Assembly (NCBI GenBank): GCA_964016885.1
Contig: OZ024745.1
Span: 54,374,001 to 54,438,000, forward strand
DNA from: Eledone cirrhosa
Lineage: Eukaryota
Length of the DNA stretch: 64,000 bases
Direction: 5' to 3'
Under the pieces are notes generated by a model that saw only the letters and a list, made by a program, of their open reading frames with translations, was not told the DNA's origin and did not search any database. The position numbers and the translations under genes were made by a program. Below, in pieces: positions 13,068-26,560 of the stretch (positions are counted from its first letter, which is position 1; the number at the start of each line of letters is the position of its first letter).

Positions 13068-16000
13068 TGATGTTAGTGTTGGTGTTATTGATAATATTGT
13101 TGTTGGTGGTGTTGGTGTTGTTGTTGGTGTTATTGTTGTTGTTAGTGTTGGTGTTATTGATAATATTGTTGTTGGTGGTGTTGGTGTTGTTGTTGGTGTT
13201 ATTGTTGATGTTAGTGTTGGTGTTATTGATCATATTGTTGTTGGTGTTGTTGGTGTTGTTGTTGGAGTTATTGTTGTTGTTAGTGTTGGTGTTATTGATA
13301 ATATTGTTGTTGGTGGTGTTGGTGTTGTTGTTGGTGTTATTGTTGATGTTAGTGTTGGTGTTAGTGTTGGTGTTATTGATAATATTGTTGTTGGTGGTGT
13401 TGGTGTTGTTTTTGGAGTTAGTGTTGTTGTTAGTGTTGGTGTTACTGATAATATTGTTGTTGGTGGTGTTGGTGTTGTTTTTGGAGTTAGTGTTGTTGTT
13501 AGTGTTGGTGTTATTGATAATATTGTTGTTGGTGGTGTTGGTGTTGTTTTTGGAGTTAGTGTTGTTGTTAGTGTTGGTGTTACTGATAATATTGTTGTTG
13601 GTGGTGTTGGTGTTGTTGTTGGAGTTAGTGTTGTTGTTAGTGTTGGTGTTATTGATAATATTGTTGTTGGTGTTGTTGGTGTTGTTGTTGGTGTTATTGT
13701 TGTTGTTATTGTTGGTGTTATTGATAATATTGTTGTTGGTGGTGTTGGTGTTGTTGTTGGAGTTATTGTTGATGTTAGTGTTGCTGTTATTGATAATATT
13801 GTTGTTGGTGGTGTTGGTGTTGTTGTTGGTGTTATTGTTGATGTTATTGTTCATGTTAGTGTTGGTGTTATTGATAATGTTGTTGTTGGTGGTGTTGGTG
13901 TTGTTGTTGGTGTTATTGTTGATGTTAGTGTTGGTGTTATTGATAATATTGTTGTTGGTGGTGTTGGTGTTGTTGTTGGAGTTAGTGTTGTTGTTAGTGT
14001 TGGTGTTATTGATAATATTGTTGTTGGTGTTGTTGGTGTTGTTGTTGGTGTTATTGTTGTTGTTATTGTTGGTGTTATTGATAATATTGTTGTTGGTGGT
14101 GTTGGTGTTGTTGTTGGAGTTATTGTTGATGTTAGTATTGCTGTTATTGATAATATTGTTGTTGGTGGTGTTGGTGTTGTTGTTGGTGTTATTGTTGATG
14201 TTATTGTTGATGTTAGTGTTGGTGTTATTGATAATGTTGTTGTTGGTGGTGTTGGTGTTGTTGTTGGTGTTATTGTTGATGTTAGTGTTGGTGTTATTGA
14301 TAATATTGTTGTTGGTGGTGTTGGTGTTGTTGTTGGGGTTATTGTTGATGTTAGTGTTGGTGTTATTGATAGTATTGTTGTTGGTGGTGTTGGTGTTGTT
14401 GTTGGAGTTATTGTTGATGTTAGTGTTGGTGTTATTGATAATGTTGTTGGTGGTGTTGTTGTTGTTGTTGGTGTTATTGTTGATGTTAGTCTTGGTGTTA
14501 CTGATAATATTGTTGTTGGTGGTGTTGGTGTTGTTGTTGGAGTTATTGTTGATGTTAGTGTTGGTGTTACTGATAATATTGTTGTTGGTGGTGTTGGTGT
14601 TGTTGTTGGAGTTATTGTTGATGTTAGTGTTGGTGTTATTGATAATATTGTTGTTGGTGGTGTTGGTGTTGTTGTTGGTGTTATTGTTGATGTTAGTGTT
14701 GGTGTTATTGATAATATTGTTGTTGGTGGTGTTGGTGTTGTTGTTGGAGTTATTGTTGATGTTAGTGTTGGTGTTATTGATAATATTGTTGTTAGTGGTG
14801 TTGGTGTTGTTGTTGGAGTTATTGTTGATGTTAGTGTTGGTGTTATTAATAATATTGTTGTTGGTGGTGTTGGTGTTGTTGTTGATGTTAGTGTTGGTGT
14901 TATTGATAATATTGTTGTTGGTGGTGTTGGTGTTGTTGTAGGAGTTATTGTTGATGTTAGTGTTGGTGTTGTTGTTGGTGTTATTGTTGATGTTAGTGTT
15001 GGTGTTATTGATAATATTGTTGTTGGTGGTGTTGGTGTTGTTGTAGGAGTTATTGTTGATGTTAGTGTTGATGTTATTGATAATATTGTTGTTGGTGGTG
15101 TTGGTGTTGTTGTTGGTGTTATTGTTGATGTTAGTGTTGGTGTTATTGATAATATTGTTGTTGGTGGTGTTGGTGTTGTTGTTGGTGTTATTGTTGATGT
15201 TAGTGTTGGTGTTATTGATAATATTGTTGTTGGAGTTATTGTTGATGTTAGTGTTGGTGTTATTGATAATATTGTTGTTGGTGGTGTTGGTGTTGTTGTT
15301 GGTGTTATTGTTGATGTTAGTGTTGGTGTTATTGATAATATTGTTGTTGGTGGTGTTGTTGTTGGAGTTATTGTTGATGTTAGTGTTGGTGTTATTAATA
15401 ATATTGTTGTTGGTGGTGTTGGTGTTGTTGTTGGTGTTGGTGTTGTTGTTGGTGTTATTGTTGATGTTAGTGTTGGTGTTATTGATAATATTGTTGTTGG
15501 TGGTGTTGGTGTTGTTGGTGGTGTTGGTGTTGTTGTTGGTGTTATTGTTGATGTTAGTGTTGGTGTTATTGATAATATTGTTGTTGGTGGTGTTGGTGTT
15601 GTTGGTGGTGTTGGTGTTGTTGTTGGTGTTATTGTTGATGTTAGTGTTGGTGTTATTGATAATATTGTTGTTGGTGGTGTTGGTGTTGTTGGTGGTGTTG
15701 GTGTTGTTGTTGGTGTTATTGTTGATGTTAGTGTTGGTGGTGGTGTTGGTGTTGTTGTTGGTGTTGGTGTTGTTGTTGGTGTTATTGTTGATGTTAGTGT
15801 TGGTGTTATTGATAATATTGTTGTTGGTGGTGTTGGTGTTGATGGTGGTGTTGGTGTTGTTGTTGGTGTTATTGTTGATGTTAGTGTTGATGTTATTAAT
15901 AATATTGTTGTTGGTGGTGTTGGTGTTGTTGTTGGTGTTATTGTTGATGTTAGTGTTGGTGTTATTGATAATATTGTTGTTAGTGGTGTTGGTGTTGTTG

Positions 16001-19000
16001 TTGGTGTTATTGTTGATGTTAGTGTTGGTGTTATTGATAATATTGTTGTTAGTGGTGTTGGTGTTGTTTTTGGTGTTATTGTTGATGTTAGTGTTGGTGT
16101 TATTGATAATAATGTTGTTAGTGGTGTTGGTGTTGTTGTTGGTGTTATTGTTGATGTTAGTGTTGGTGTTATTGATAATATTGTTGTTAGTGGTGTTGGT
16201 GTTGTTGTTGGAGTTATTGTTGATGTTAGTGTTGGTGTTATTGATAATATTGTTGTTAGTGGTGTTGGTGTTGTTGTTGGAGTTATTGTTGGTGTTAGTG
16301 TTGGTGTTACTGATAATAATGTTGTTAGTGGTGTTTGTGTTGTTGTTGGAGTTATTGTTGATGTTAGTGTTGGTGTTGATGTTGGAATTGGTGTTGATAT
16401 TGGTGTTGGTGGTGGTGTTGGTGGTGGTGTTGGTGGTGGTGTTGGTGGTGGTGTTGGTGGTGGTGTTGGTGGCCGTGTTAGTGTTGATATTGATGTTGGT
16501 GTTGATATTGGTGTTGGTGGTGGTGTTGGTGGTGGGTGTTGGTGGTGGTGTTGGTGTTGGTGGTGTTAGTGTTGATGTTTGTGTTGATGTTGATGTTGGT
16601 GTTGGTGTTGATATTGGTGTTGGTGGTGGTGTTGGTGGTGGTGTTGGTGGTGGTGTTGGTGGCGGTGTTGATGTTGATGTTGATGTTGGTGTTGATATTG
16701 GTGTTGGTGGTGGTGTTGGTGGTGGTGTTGTTGGTGGTTCTGGTGTTGGTGGTGTTAGTGTTGATGTTAGTGTAGGTGTTGGTGTTGGCGGTTTTAGTGT
16801 TGATGTTAGTGTTGATGTTGGTGTTGGTGTTGATATTGGTGTTGGTGGTGGTGTTGGTGTTGGTATTGATCCGGAGTTGATGGTGGTGTTGGTGGTGGTG
16901 TTAGAGTTGATGTTGATGTTGGTGTTGATATTGGTGTTGGTGTTGGTGGTGGTGTTGATATTGGTGTTGGTGGTGATGTTGGTGGTGGTGGTGTTGGTGG
17001 TGGTGTTGGTGTTGGTGTTGGTGTTGGTGGTGTTGGTGGTGCTGGTGGTGTTGGTGGTGGTGTTGGTGGTGTTAGTGTTGATGTTTGTGTTGATGTTAGT
17101 GTTGATGTTGGTGCTGGTGGTGGTGGTGGTGTTGTTTATGGTGTTGGTGGTGGTGTTGGTGGTGGTGTTGGTGGTGGTGTTGGTGTTGATATTGGTATTT
17201 GTGTTGGTGTTGGTGTTGATATTCATATTGGTGGCGGTGTTAATGGTGGTGTTGGTGGTGGTGTTGGTGTTGGTATTGGTGGTGGTGTTGGTGGTGGTGT
17301 TAGTGTTGATATTGGTACTGGTGGTGGTGTTGGTGCTGGTGTTGGTGTTGATATTGGTATTGGGGGTAGTGTTGGTGGTGGTGTTGGTGTGATATTGGTA
17401 TTGGTGGTGGTGTTGGGGGTGGTGTTGGTGTTGATATTGGTATTGGTGGTGGTGTTGGTGGTTCGTGTTGGTGTTGATATTTGTATTGGTGGTGGTGTTG
17501 GTGTTGATATTGGTATTGGTGGTGGTGTTGGTGGTGGTGCTGGTGTTGATATTGGTATTGGTGGTGGTGATGGTGGTGGTGTTGGTGTTGATATTGGTAT
17601 TGGTGGTGGTGTTCGTGGTGGTGTTGGTGTTGATATTGTTATTGGTGGTTGTGTGGGGGTGGTGTTGGTGTTGATATTGATGTTGATATTGTTGTTGGTG
17701 GTGGTGGTGTTAGTGTTGATGTTTATACTATTGTTAGTTTTGGTGGTGGTGTTGTTGGTGATGTTAGTGTTGATAAAGTTAGTGTCGATATTAATTGGCA
17801 TTGATGTTAGTGTTGGTGTTATTGATAATATTGTTGTTGGTGGTGATGGTGTTGTTGTTTGAGTTATTGTTGATGTTAGTGTTGGCGTTACTGATAATAT
17901 TGTTGTTGGTGTTGTTGTTGGAGTTATTGTTGATTTTAGTGTTGGTGTTATTGATAATATTGTTGTTGGTGGTGTTGGTGTTGTTGTTGGTGTTATTGTT
18001 GATGTTAGTGTTTGTGTTACTGATAATATTGTTGTTGGTGGTGTTGGTGTTGTTGTTGGTGTTATTGTTGATGTTAGTGTTGGTGTTATTGATAATATTG
18101 TTGTTGGTGGTGTTGGTGTTGTTGTTGGTGTTATTGTTGATGTTAGTGTTGGTGTTATTGATAATATTATTGTTGGTGGTGTTGGTGTTGTTGTTGGTGT
18201 TATTGTTGATGTTAGTGTTGGTGTTATTGATAATATTGATGTTGGTGGTGTTGGTGTTGTTGTTGGTGTTATTGTTGATGTTAGTGTTGGTGTTATTGAT
18301 AATATTGTTGTTGGTGGTGTTGGTGTTGTTGTTGGTGTTATTGTTGTTGTTAGTGTTGGTGTTATTGATAATATTGTTGTTGGTGGTGTTGGTGTTGTTG
18401 TTGGTGTTATTGTTGATGTTAGTGTTGGTGTTATTGATCATATTGTTGTTGGTGTTGTTGGTGTTGTTGTTGGAGTTATTGTTGTTGTTAGTGTTGGTGT
18501 TATTGATAATATTGTTGTTGGTGGTGTTGGTGTTGTTGTTGGTGTTATTGTTGATGTTAGTGTTGGTGTTAGTGTTGGTGTTATTGATAATATTGTTGTT
18601 GGTGGTGTTGGTGTTGTTTTTGGAGTTAGTGTTGTTGTTAGTGTTGGTGTTACTGATAATATTGTTGTTGGTGGTGTTGGTGTTGTTTTTGGAGTTAGTG
18701 TTGTTGTTAGTGTTGGTGTTATTGATAATATTGTTGTTGGTGGTGTTGGTGTTGTTTTTGGAGTTAGTGTTGTTGTTAGTGTTGGTGTTACTGATAATAT
18801 TGTTGTTGGTGGTGTTGGTGTTGTTGTTGGAGTTAGTGTTGTTGTTAGTGTTGGTGTTATTGATAATATTGTTGTTGGTGTTGTTGGTGTTGTTGTTGGT
18901 GTTATTGTTGTTGTTATTGTTGGTGTTATTGATAATATTGTTGTTGGTGGTGTTGGTGTTGTTGTTGGAGTTATTGTTGATGTTAGTGTTGCTGTTATTG

Positions 19001-20129
19001 ATAATATTGTTGTTGGTGGTGTTGGTGTTGTTGTTGGTGTTATTGTTGATGTTATTGTTCATGTTAGTGTTGGTGTTATTGATAATGTTGTTGTTGGTGG
19101 TGTTGGTGTTGTTGTTGGTGTTATTGTTGATGTTAGTGTTGGTGTTATTGATAATATTGTTGTTGGTGGTGTTGGTGTTGTTGTTGGAGTTAGTGTTGTT
19201 GTTAGTGTTGGTGTTATTGATAATATTGTTGTTGGTGTTGTTGGTGTTGTTGTTGGTGTTATTGTTGTTGTTATTGTTGGTGTTATCGATAATATTGTTG
19301 TTGGTGGTGTTGGTGTTGTTGTTGGAGTTATTGTTGATGTTAGTATTGCTGTTATTGATAATATTGTTGTTGGTGGTGTTGGTGTTGTTGTTGGTGTTAT
19401 TGTTGATGTTATTGTTGATGTTAGTGTTGGTGTTATTGATAATGTTGTTGTTGGTGGTGTTGGTGTTGTTGTTGGTGTTATTGTTGATGTTAGTGTTGGT
19501 GTTATTGATAATATTGTTGTTGGTGGTGTTGGTGTTGTTGTTGGAGTTAGTGTTGTTGTTAGTGTTGGTGTTATTGATAATATTGTTGTTGGTGTTGTTG
19601 GTGTTGTTGTTGGTGTTATTGTTGTTGTTATTGTTGGTGTTATTGATAATATTGTTGTTGGTGCTGTTGGTGTTGTTGTTGGAGTTATTGTTGATGTTAG
19701 TGTTGCTGTTATTGATAATATTGTTGTTGGTGGTGTTGGTGTTGTTGTTGGTGTTATTGTTGATGTTATTGTTGATGTTAGTGTTGGTGTTATTGATAAT
19801 GTTGTTGTTGGTGGTGTTGGTGTTGTTGTTGGTGTTATTGTTGATGTTAGTGTTGGTGTTATTGATAATATTGTTGTTGGTGGTTTTGGTGTTGTTGTTG
19901 GAGTTATTGTTGATGTTAGTGTTGGTGTTATTGATAATATTGTTGTTGGTGGTGTTGGTGTTGTTGTTGGTGTTATTGTTGATGTTAGTGTTGGTGTTAT
20001 TGATAATATTGTTGTTGGTGGTGTTGGTGTTGTTGTTGGAGTTAGTGTTGATGTTAGTGTTGGTGTTACTAATAATATTGTTGTTGGTGGTGTTGGTGTT
20101 GTTGTTGGTGTTATTGTTGATGTTAGTGT

Positions 20130-23100
20130 TGGGGTTGGTGTTGGAGTTGGTGTTGATATTGGTGTTGGTGGTGGTGTTGGTGGTGGTGTTGGTGGTGGTG
20201 TTGGTGGCGGTGTTAGTGTTGATATTGATTTTGGCGTTGATATTGGTGTTGGTGGTGGTGTTGGTGGTAGTTGTTGGTGTTGGTGTTGGTGTTGGTGTTG
20301 GTGGTGTTAGTGTTGATGTTTGTGTTGATGTTGATGTTGGTGTTGGTGTTGATATTGGTGTTGGTGGTGGGGTTGGTGGTGGTGTTGGTGGTGGTGTTGG
20401 TGTTGGTGGCGGTGTTAGTGTTGATATTGATGTTGGTGTTGATATTGGTGTTGGTGGTGGTGTTGGTGGTGGTGTTGGTGGTGGTGTTGGTGGTGGTGTT
20501 GGTGGTGGTGTTGGTGGTGGTGTTGGTGGTGGTGTTGGTGGCGGTGTTAGTGTTGATATTGATGTTGGTGTTGATATTGGTGTTGGTGGTGGTGTTGGTG
20601 GTAGGTGTTGGTGTTGGTGTTGGTGTTGGTGTTGGTGGTATTAGTGTTGATGTTTGTGTTGATGTTGATGTTGGTGCTGGTGTTGATATTGGTGTTGGTG
20701 GTGGTGTTGGTGGCGGTGTTAGTGTTGATGTTGATGTTGGTGTTGATATTGGTGTTGGCGGTGGTGTTGGTGGTGGTGTTGTTAGTGGTGTTGGTGTTGG
20801 TGATGTTAGTGTTGATGTTAGTGTTGGTGTTGGTGTTGGCGGTGTTAGTGTTGATGTTAGTGTTGATGTTGGTGTTGGTGTTGATATTGGTGTTGGTGGT
20901 GGTGGTGGTGTTGGTGGTGGTGTTGGTGTTGGTATTGATCTGGAGTTGATGGTGGTGTTGGTGGTGGCGTTAGTGTTGATGTTGATGTTGATATTGGAGG
21001 GGGTGTTGGTGGTGGTGTTAGTTAGATGTTGGTGTTGATATTGGTGTTGTTGGTGATGTTGGTGGTGGTGTTGGTGGTGGTGTTGGTGGTGGTGGTGTTG
21101 GTGGTGGTGTTGGTGTTGGTGGTGTTAGTGTTGATGTTTGTGTTGATGTTAGTGTTGATGTTGGTGTTAGTGTTGATATTGGTGTTGGTTGTGGTGGTGG
21201 TGTTGGTGGTGGTGTTGGTGGTGGTGTTGGTGTTGATATTGGTATTTGTGTTGGTGTTGGTGTTGATATTCATATTGGTGGCGGTGTTAGTGGTGGTGTT
21301 GGTGGTGGTGTTGGTGTTGGTATTGGTGGTGGTGTTGGTGGTGGTGTTGGTGTTGATATTGGTACTGGTGGTAGTGTTGGTGGTGGTGTTGGTGTGATAT
21401 TGGTATTGGTGGTTGTGTTGGGGGTGGCGTTGGTGGTGGTATTAGTTTTGATATTGGTATTGGAGGTGGTGTTGGTGGTGGTGTTGTTGTTGATATTGGT
21501 ATTGTTGGTGGTGTTGGTGGTGGTGTTGGTGTTGATATTGGTATTGGTGGTGGTGTTGGTGGTGGTGTTGGTTTTGATATTGGTATTGGTGGTGGTGTTG
21601 GTGGTGGTGTTGGTGTTGATATTGGTATTGGTGGTGGTGATGATGGTGGTGTTGGTGTTGATATTGGTATTGGTGGTTGTGTTGTTGGTGATGTTGGTGT
21701 TGATATTGGTATTGGTGGTGGTGATGGTGGTGGTGTTGGTGTTGATATTGGTATTGGTGGTGGTGTTCGTGGTGGTGTTGGTGTTGATATTGTTATTGGT
21801 GGTGGTGTTGGTGGTGGTGTTGGTGTTGATATTGATGTTGATATTGTTGTTGTTGGTGGTGGTGGTGTTAGTGTTGATGTTTATACTATTGGTAGTGTTG
21901 GTGGTGGTGTTGGTGGTGATGTTAGTGTTGGTGTTATTGATAATATTGTTGTTGGTGGTGTTGGTGTTGTTGTTGGTGTTATTGTTGATGTTAGTGTTGG
22001 TGTTATTGATAATATTATTGTTGCTGGTATTGGTGTTGTTGTTGGTGTTATTGTTGTTGTTAGTGTTGGTGTTATTGATAATATTGTTGTTGGTGGTGTT
22101 GGTGTTGTTGTTGGTGTTATTGTTGATGTTAGTGTTGGTGTTATTGATAATATTGTTGTCGGTGGTGTTGGTGTTGTTGTTGGTGTTATTGTTGATGTTA
22201 GTGTTGGTGTTATTGATAATATTGTTGTCGGTGGTGTTGGTGTTGTTATTGGTGTTATTGTTGATGTTAGTGTTGGTGTTACTGATAGTATTGTTGTTGG
22301 TGGTGTTGGTGTTGTTGCTGGAGTTACTGTTGATGTTAGTTTTGGTGTTATTGATAATATTGTTGTTGGTGGTGTTGGTGTTGTTGTTGGAGTTATTGTT
22401 GATGTTAGTGTTGGTGTTACTGATAATATTGTTGTTGGTGGTTATTGGTGTTGTTGTTGGTGTTATTGTTGATGTTAGTTTTGGTGTTGTTGATAATATT
22501 GTTGTTGGTGGTGTTGGTGTTGTTGTTGGAGTTATTGTTGATGTTAGTCTTGGTGTTATTGATAATGTTGTTGTTGGTGGTGTTGGTGTTGTTGTTGGAG
22601 TTATTATTGTTGTTAGTGTTGGTGTTACTGATAATATTGTTGTTGGTGGTGTTGGTGTTGTTGTTGGAGTTATTGTTGATGTTAGTGTTGGTGTTATTGA
22701 TAATATTGTTGTTGGTGGTGTTGGTGTTGTTGTTGGTGTAATTGTTGATGTTAGTGTTGGTGTTATTGATAATATTGTTGTTGGTGGTGTTGGTGTTGTT
22801 GTTGGAGTTATTGTTGATGTTAGTGTTGGGGTTGGTGTTGGAGTTGGTGTTGATATTGGTGTTGGTGGTGGTGTTGGTGGTGGTGTAGGTGGTGGTGTTG
22901 GTGGCAGTGTTAGTGTTGATATTGAAGTTGGTGTTGATATTGGTGTTGGTGGTGGTGTTGGTGGTAGGTGTTGGTGTTGGTGTTGGTGTTGGTGTTGGTG
23001 GTGTTAGTGTTGATGTTTGTGTTGATGTTGATGTTGGTGTTGGTGTTGATATTGGTGTTGGTGGTGGGGTTGGTCGTGGTGTTGTTGGTGGTGTTGGTGT

Positions 23101-26100
23101 TGGTGGCGGTGTTAGTGTTGATATTGATGTTGGTGTTGATATTGGTGTTGTTGGTGGTGTTGGTGGTGGTGTTGGTGGTGGTGTTGGTGGTGGTGTTGGT
23201 GGTGGTGTTGGTGGTGGTGTTGGTGGCGGTGTTAGTGTTGATATTGATGTTGGTGTTGATATTGGTGTTGGTGGTGGTGTTGGTGGTGGGTGTTGGTGGT
23301 GGTGTTGGTGTTGGTGGTGTTAGTGTTGATGTTTGTGTTCATGTTGATGTTGGTGCTGGTGTTGATATTGGTGTTGGTGGTGGTGTTGATGGTGGTGTTG
23401 GTGGCGGTGTTAGTGTTGATGTTGATGTTGGTGTTGATATTGGTGTTGGCGGTGGTGTTGGTGGTGGTGTTGTTAGTGGTGTTGGTGTTGGTGGTGTTAG
23501 TGTTGATGTTAGTGTTGGTGTTGGTGTTGGCGGTGTTAGTGTTGATGTTAGTGTTGATGTTGGTGTTGGTGTTGATATTGGTGTTGGTGGTGGTGGTGGT
23601 GTTAGTGGTGGTGTTGGTGTTGGTATTGATCTGGAGTTGATGGTGGTGTTGGTGGTGGTGTTAGTGTTGATGTTGATGTTGATATTGGAGGTGGTGTTAG
23701 TGGTGGTGTTAGTTAGATGTTGGTGTTGATATTGGTGTTGGTGGTGATGTTGGTGGTGGTGTTGGTGGTGGTGTTGGTGTTGGTGGTGTTAGTGTTGATG
23801 TTTGTGTTGATGTTAGTGTTGATGTTGGTGTTAGTGTTGATATTGGTGTTGGTGGTGGTGGTGGTGTTGGTGGTGGTGTTGGTGGTGGTGTTGGTGTTGA
23901 TATTGGTATTTGTATTGGTGTTGGTGTTGATATTCATATTGGTGGCGGTGTTAGTGCTGGTGTTGGTGGTGGTGTTGGTGTTGGTATTGGTGGTGGTGTT
24001 GGTGGTGGTGTTGGTGTTGATATTGGTACTGGTGGTAGTGTTGGTGGTGGTGTTGGTGTGATATTGGTATTGGTGGTGGTGTTGGGGGTGGCGCCGGTGG
24101 TGGTATTAGTTTTGATATTGGTATTGGAGGTGGTGTTGGTGGTGGTGTTGTTGTTGATATTGGTATTGTTGGTGGTGTTGGTGGTGGTGTTGTTGTTGAT
24201 ATTGGTATTGTTGGTGGTGTTGGTGGTGGTGTTGGTGTTGATATTGGTATTGGTGGTGGTGTTGGTGGTGGTGTTGGTTTTGATATTGGTATTGGTGGTG
24301 GTGTTGGTGGTGGTGTTGGTGTTGATATTGGTATTGGTGGTGGTGATGATGGTGGTGTTGGTGTTGATATTGGTATTGGTGGTGGTGTTGTTGGTGATGT
24401 TGGTGTTGATATTGGTATTGGTGGTGGTGATGGTGGTAGTGTTGGTGTTGATATTGGTATTGGTGGTGGTGATGATGGTGGTGTTGGTGTTGATATTGGT
24501 ATTGGTGGTGGTGTTGGTGTTGATATTGATGTTGATATTGTTGTTGTTGGTGGTGTTGGTGGTGATGTTAGTGTTGGTGTTATTGATAATATTGTTGTTG
24601 GTGGTGTTGGTGTTGTTGTTGGTGTTATTGTTGATGTTAGTGTTGGTGTTATTGATAATATTATTGTTGCTGGTATTGGTGTTGTTGTTGGTGTTATTGT
24701 TGTTGTTAGTGTTGGTGTTATTGATAATATTGTTGTTGGTGGTGTTGGTGTTGTTGTTGGTGTTATTGTTGATGTTAGTGTTGGTGTTATTGATAATATT
24801 GTTGTCGGTGGTGTTGGTGTTGTTATTGGTGTTATTGTTGATGTTAGTGTTGGTGTTACTGATAGTATTGTTGTTGGTGGTGTTGGTGTTGTTGCTGGAG
24901 TTACTGTTGATGTTAGTTTTGGTGTTATTGATAATATTGTTGTTGGTGGTGTTGGTGTTGTTGTTGGAGTTATTGTTGATGTTAGTGTTGGTGTTACTGA
25001 TAATATTGTTGTTGGTGGTTATTGGTGTTGTTGTTGGTGTTATTGTTGATGTTAGTTTTGGTGTTGTTGATAATATTGTTGTTGGTGGTGTTGGTGTTGT
25101 TGTTGGAGTTATTGTTGATGTTAGTCTTGGTGTTATTGATAATGTTGTTGTTGGTGGTGTTGGTGTTGTCGTTGGAGTTATTATTGTTGTTAGTGTTGGT
25201 GTTACTGATAATATTGTTGTTGGTGGTGTTGGTGTTGTTGTTGGAGTTATTGTTGATGTTAGTGTTGGTGTTATTGATAATATTGTTGTTGGTGGTGTTG
25301 GTGTTGTTGTTGGAGTTATTGTTGATGTTAGTGTTGGGGTTGGTGTTGGAGTTGGTGTTGATATTGGTGTTGGTGGTGGTGTTGGTGGTGGTGTAGGTGG
25401 TGGTGTTGGTGGCAGTGTTAGTGTTGATATTGATGTTGCTGTTGATATTGGTGTTGGTGGTGGTGTTGGTGGTAGGTGTTGGTGTTGGTGTTGGTGTTGG
25501 TGTTGGTGGTGTTAGTGTTGATGTTTGTGTTGATGTTGATGTTGGTGTTGGTGTTGATATTGGTGTTGGTGGTGGGGTTGGTCGTGGTGTTGTTGGTGGT
25601 GTTGGTGTTGGTGGCGGTGTTAGTGTTGATATTGATGTTGGTGTTGATATTGGTGTTGTTGGTGGTGTTGGTGGTGGTGTTGGTGGTGGTGTTGGTGGTG
25701 GTGTTGGTGGTGGTGTTGGTGGTGGTGTTGGTGGCGGTGTTAGTGTTGATATTGATGTTGGTGTTGATATTGGTGTTGGTGGTGGTGTTGGTGGTGGGTG
25801 TTGGTGGTGGTGTTGGTGTTGGTGGTGTTAGTGTTGATGTTTGTGTTCATGTTGATGTTGGTGCTGGTGTTGATATTGGTGTTGGTGGTGGTGTTGATGG
25901 TGGTGTTGGTGGCGGTGTTAGTGTTGATGTTGATGTTGGTGTTGATATTGGTGTTGGCGGTGGTGTTGGTGGTGGTGTTGTTAGTGGTGTTGGTGTTGGT
26001 GGTGTTAGTGTTGATGTTAGTGTTGGTGTTGGTGTTGGCGGTGTTAGTGTTGATGTTAGTGTTGATGTTGGTGTTGGTGTTGATATTGGTGTTGGTGGTG

Positions 26101-26560
26101 GTGGTGGTGTTAGTGGTGGTGTTGGTGTTGGTATTGATCTGGAGTTGATGGTGGTGTTGGTGGTGGTGTTAGTGTTGATGTTGATGTTGATATTGGAGGT
26201 GGTGTTAGTGGTGGTGTTAGTTAGATGTTGGTGTTGATATTGGTGTTGGTGGTGATGTTGGTGGTGGTGTTGGTGGTGGTGTTGGTGTTGGTGGTGTTAG
26301 TGTTGATGTTTGTGTTGATGTTAGTGTTGATGTTGGTGTTAGTGTTGATATTGGTGTTGGTGGTGGTGGTGGTGTTGGTGGTGGTGTTGGTGGTGGTGTT
26401 GGTGTTGATATTGGTATTTGTATTGGTGTTGGTGTTGATATTCATATTGGTGGCGGTGTTAGTGGTGGTGTTGGTGGTGGTGTTGGTGTTGGTATTGGTG
26501 GTGGTGTTGGTGGTGGTGTTGGTGTTGATATTGGTACTGGTGGTAGTGTTGGTGGTGGTG
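20130..26560. repeat. Higher-order subfamily B (short units, periods 2664 and 2508 bp)
   Basis: gatCTggagtt at 20937, 23628 and 26136 plus gttagttagatg. The gtcgatattaattggc junction is absent near 21.9 and 24.6 kb. Private +1 insertion (ggtggttattgg) at ~22440 and ~25020. Confidence 0.85.

Larger units (their letters stand above)
1..20130. repeat. Higher-order subfamily A (periods 5430 and 4818 bp)
   Basis: Diagnostic gatCCggagtt at 6620, 12050 and 16868, and junction gataaagttagtgtcgatattaattggc near 7608, 13038 and 17772. Near-identical ORF translations recur at these offsets. Confidence 0.9.
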
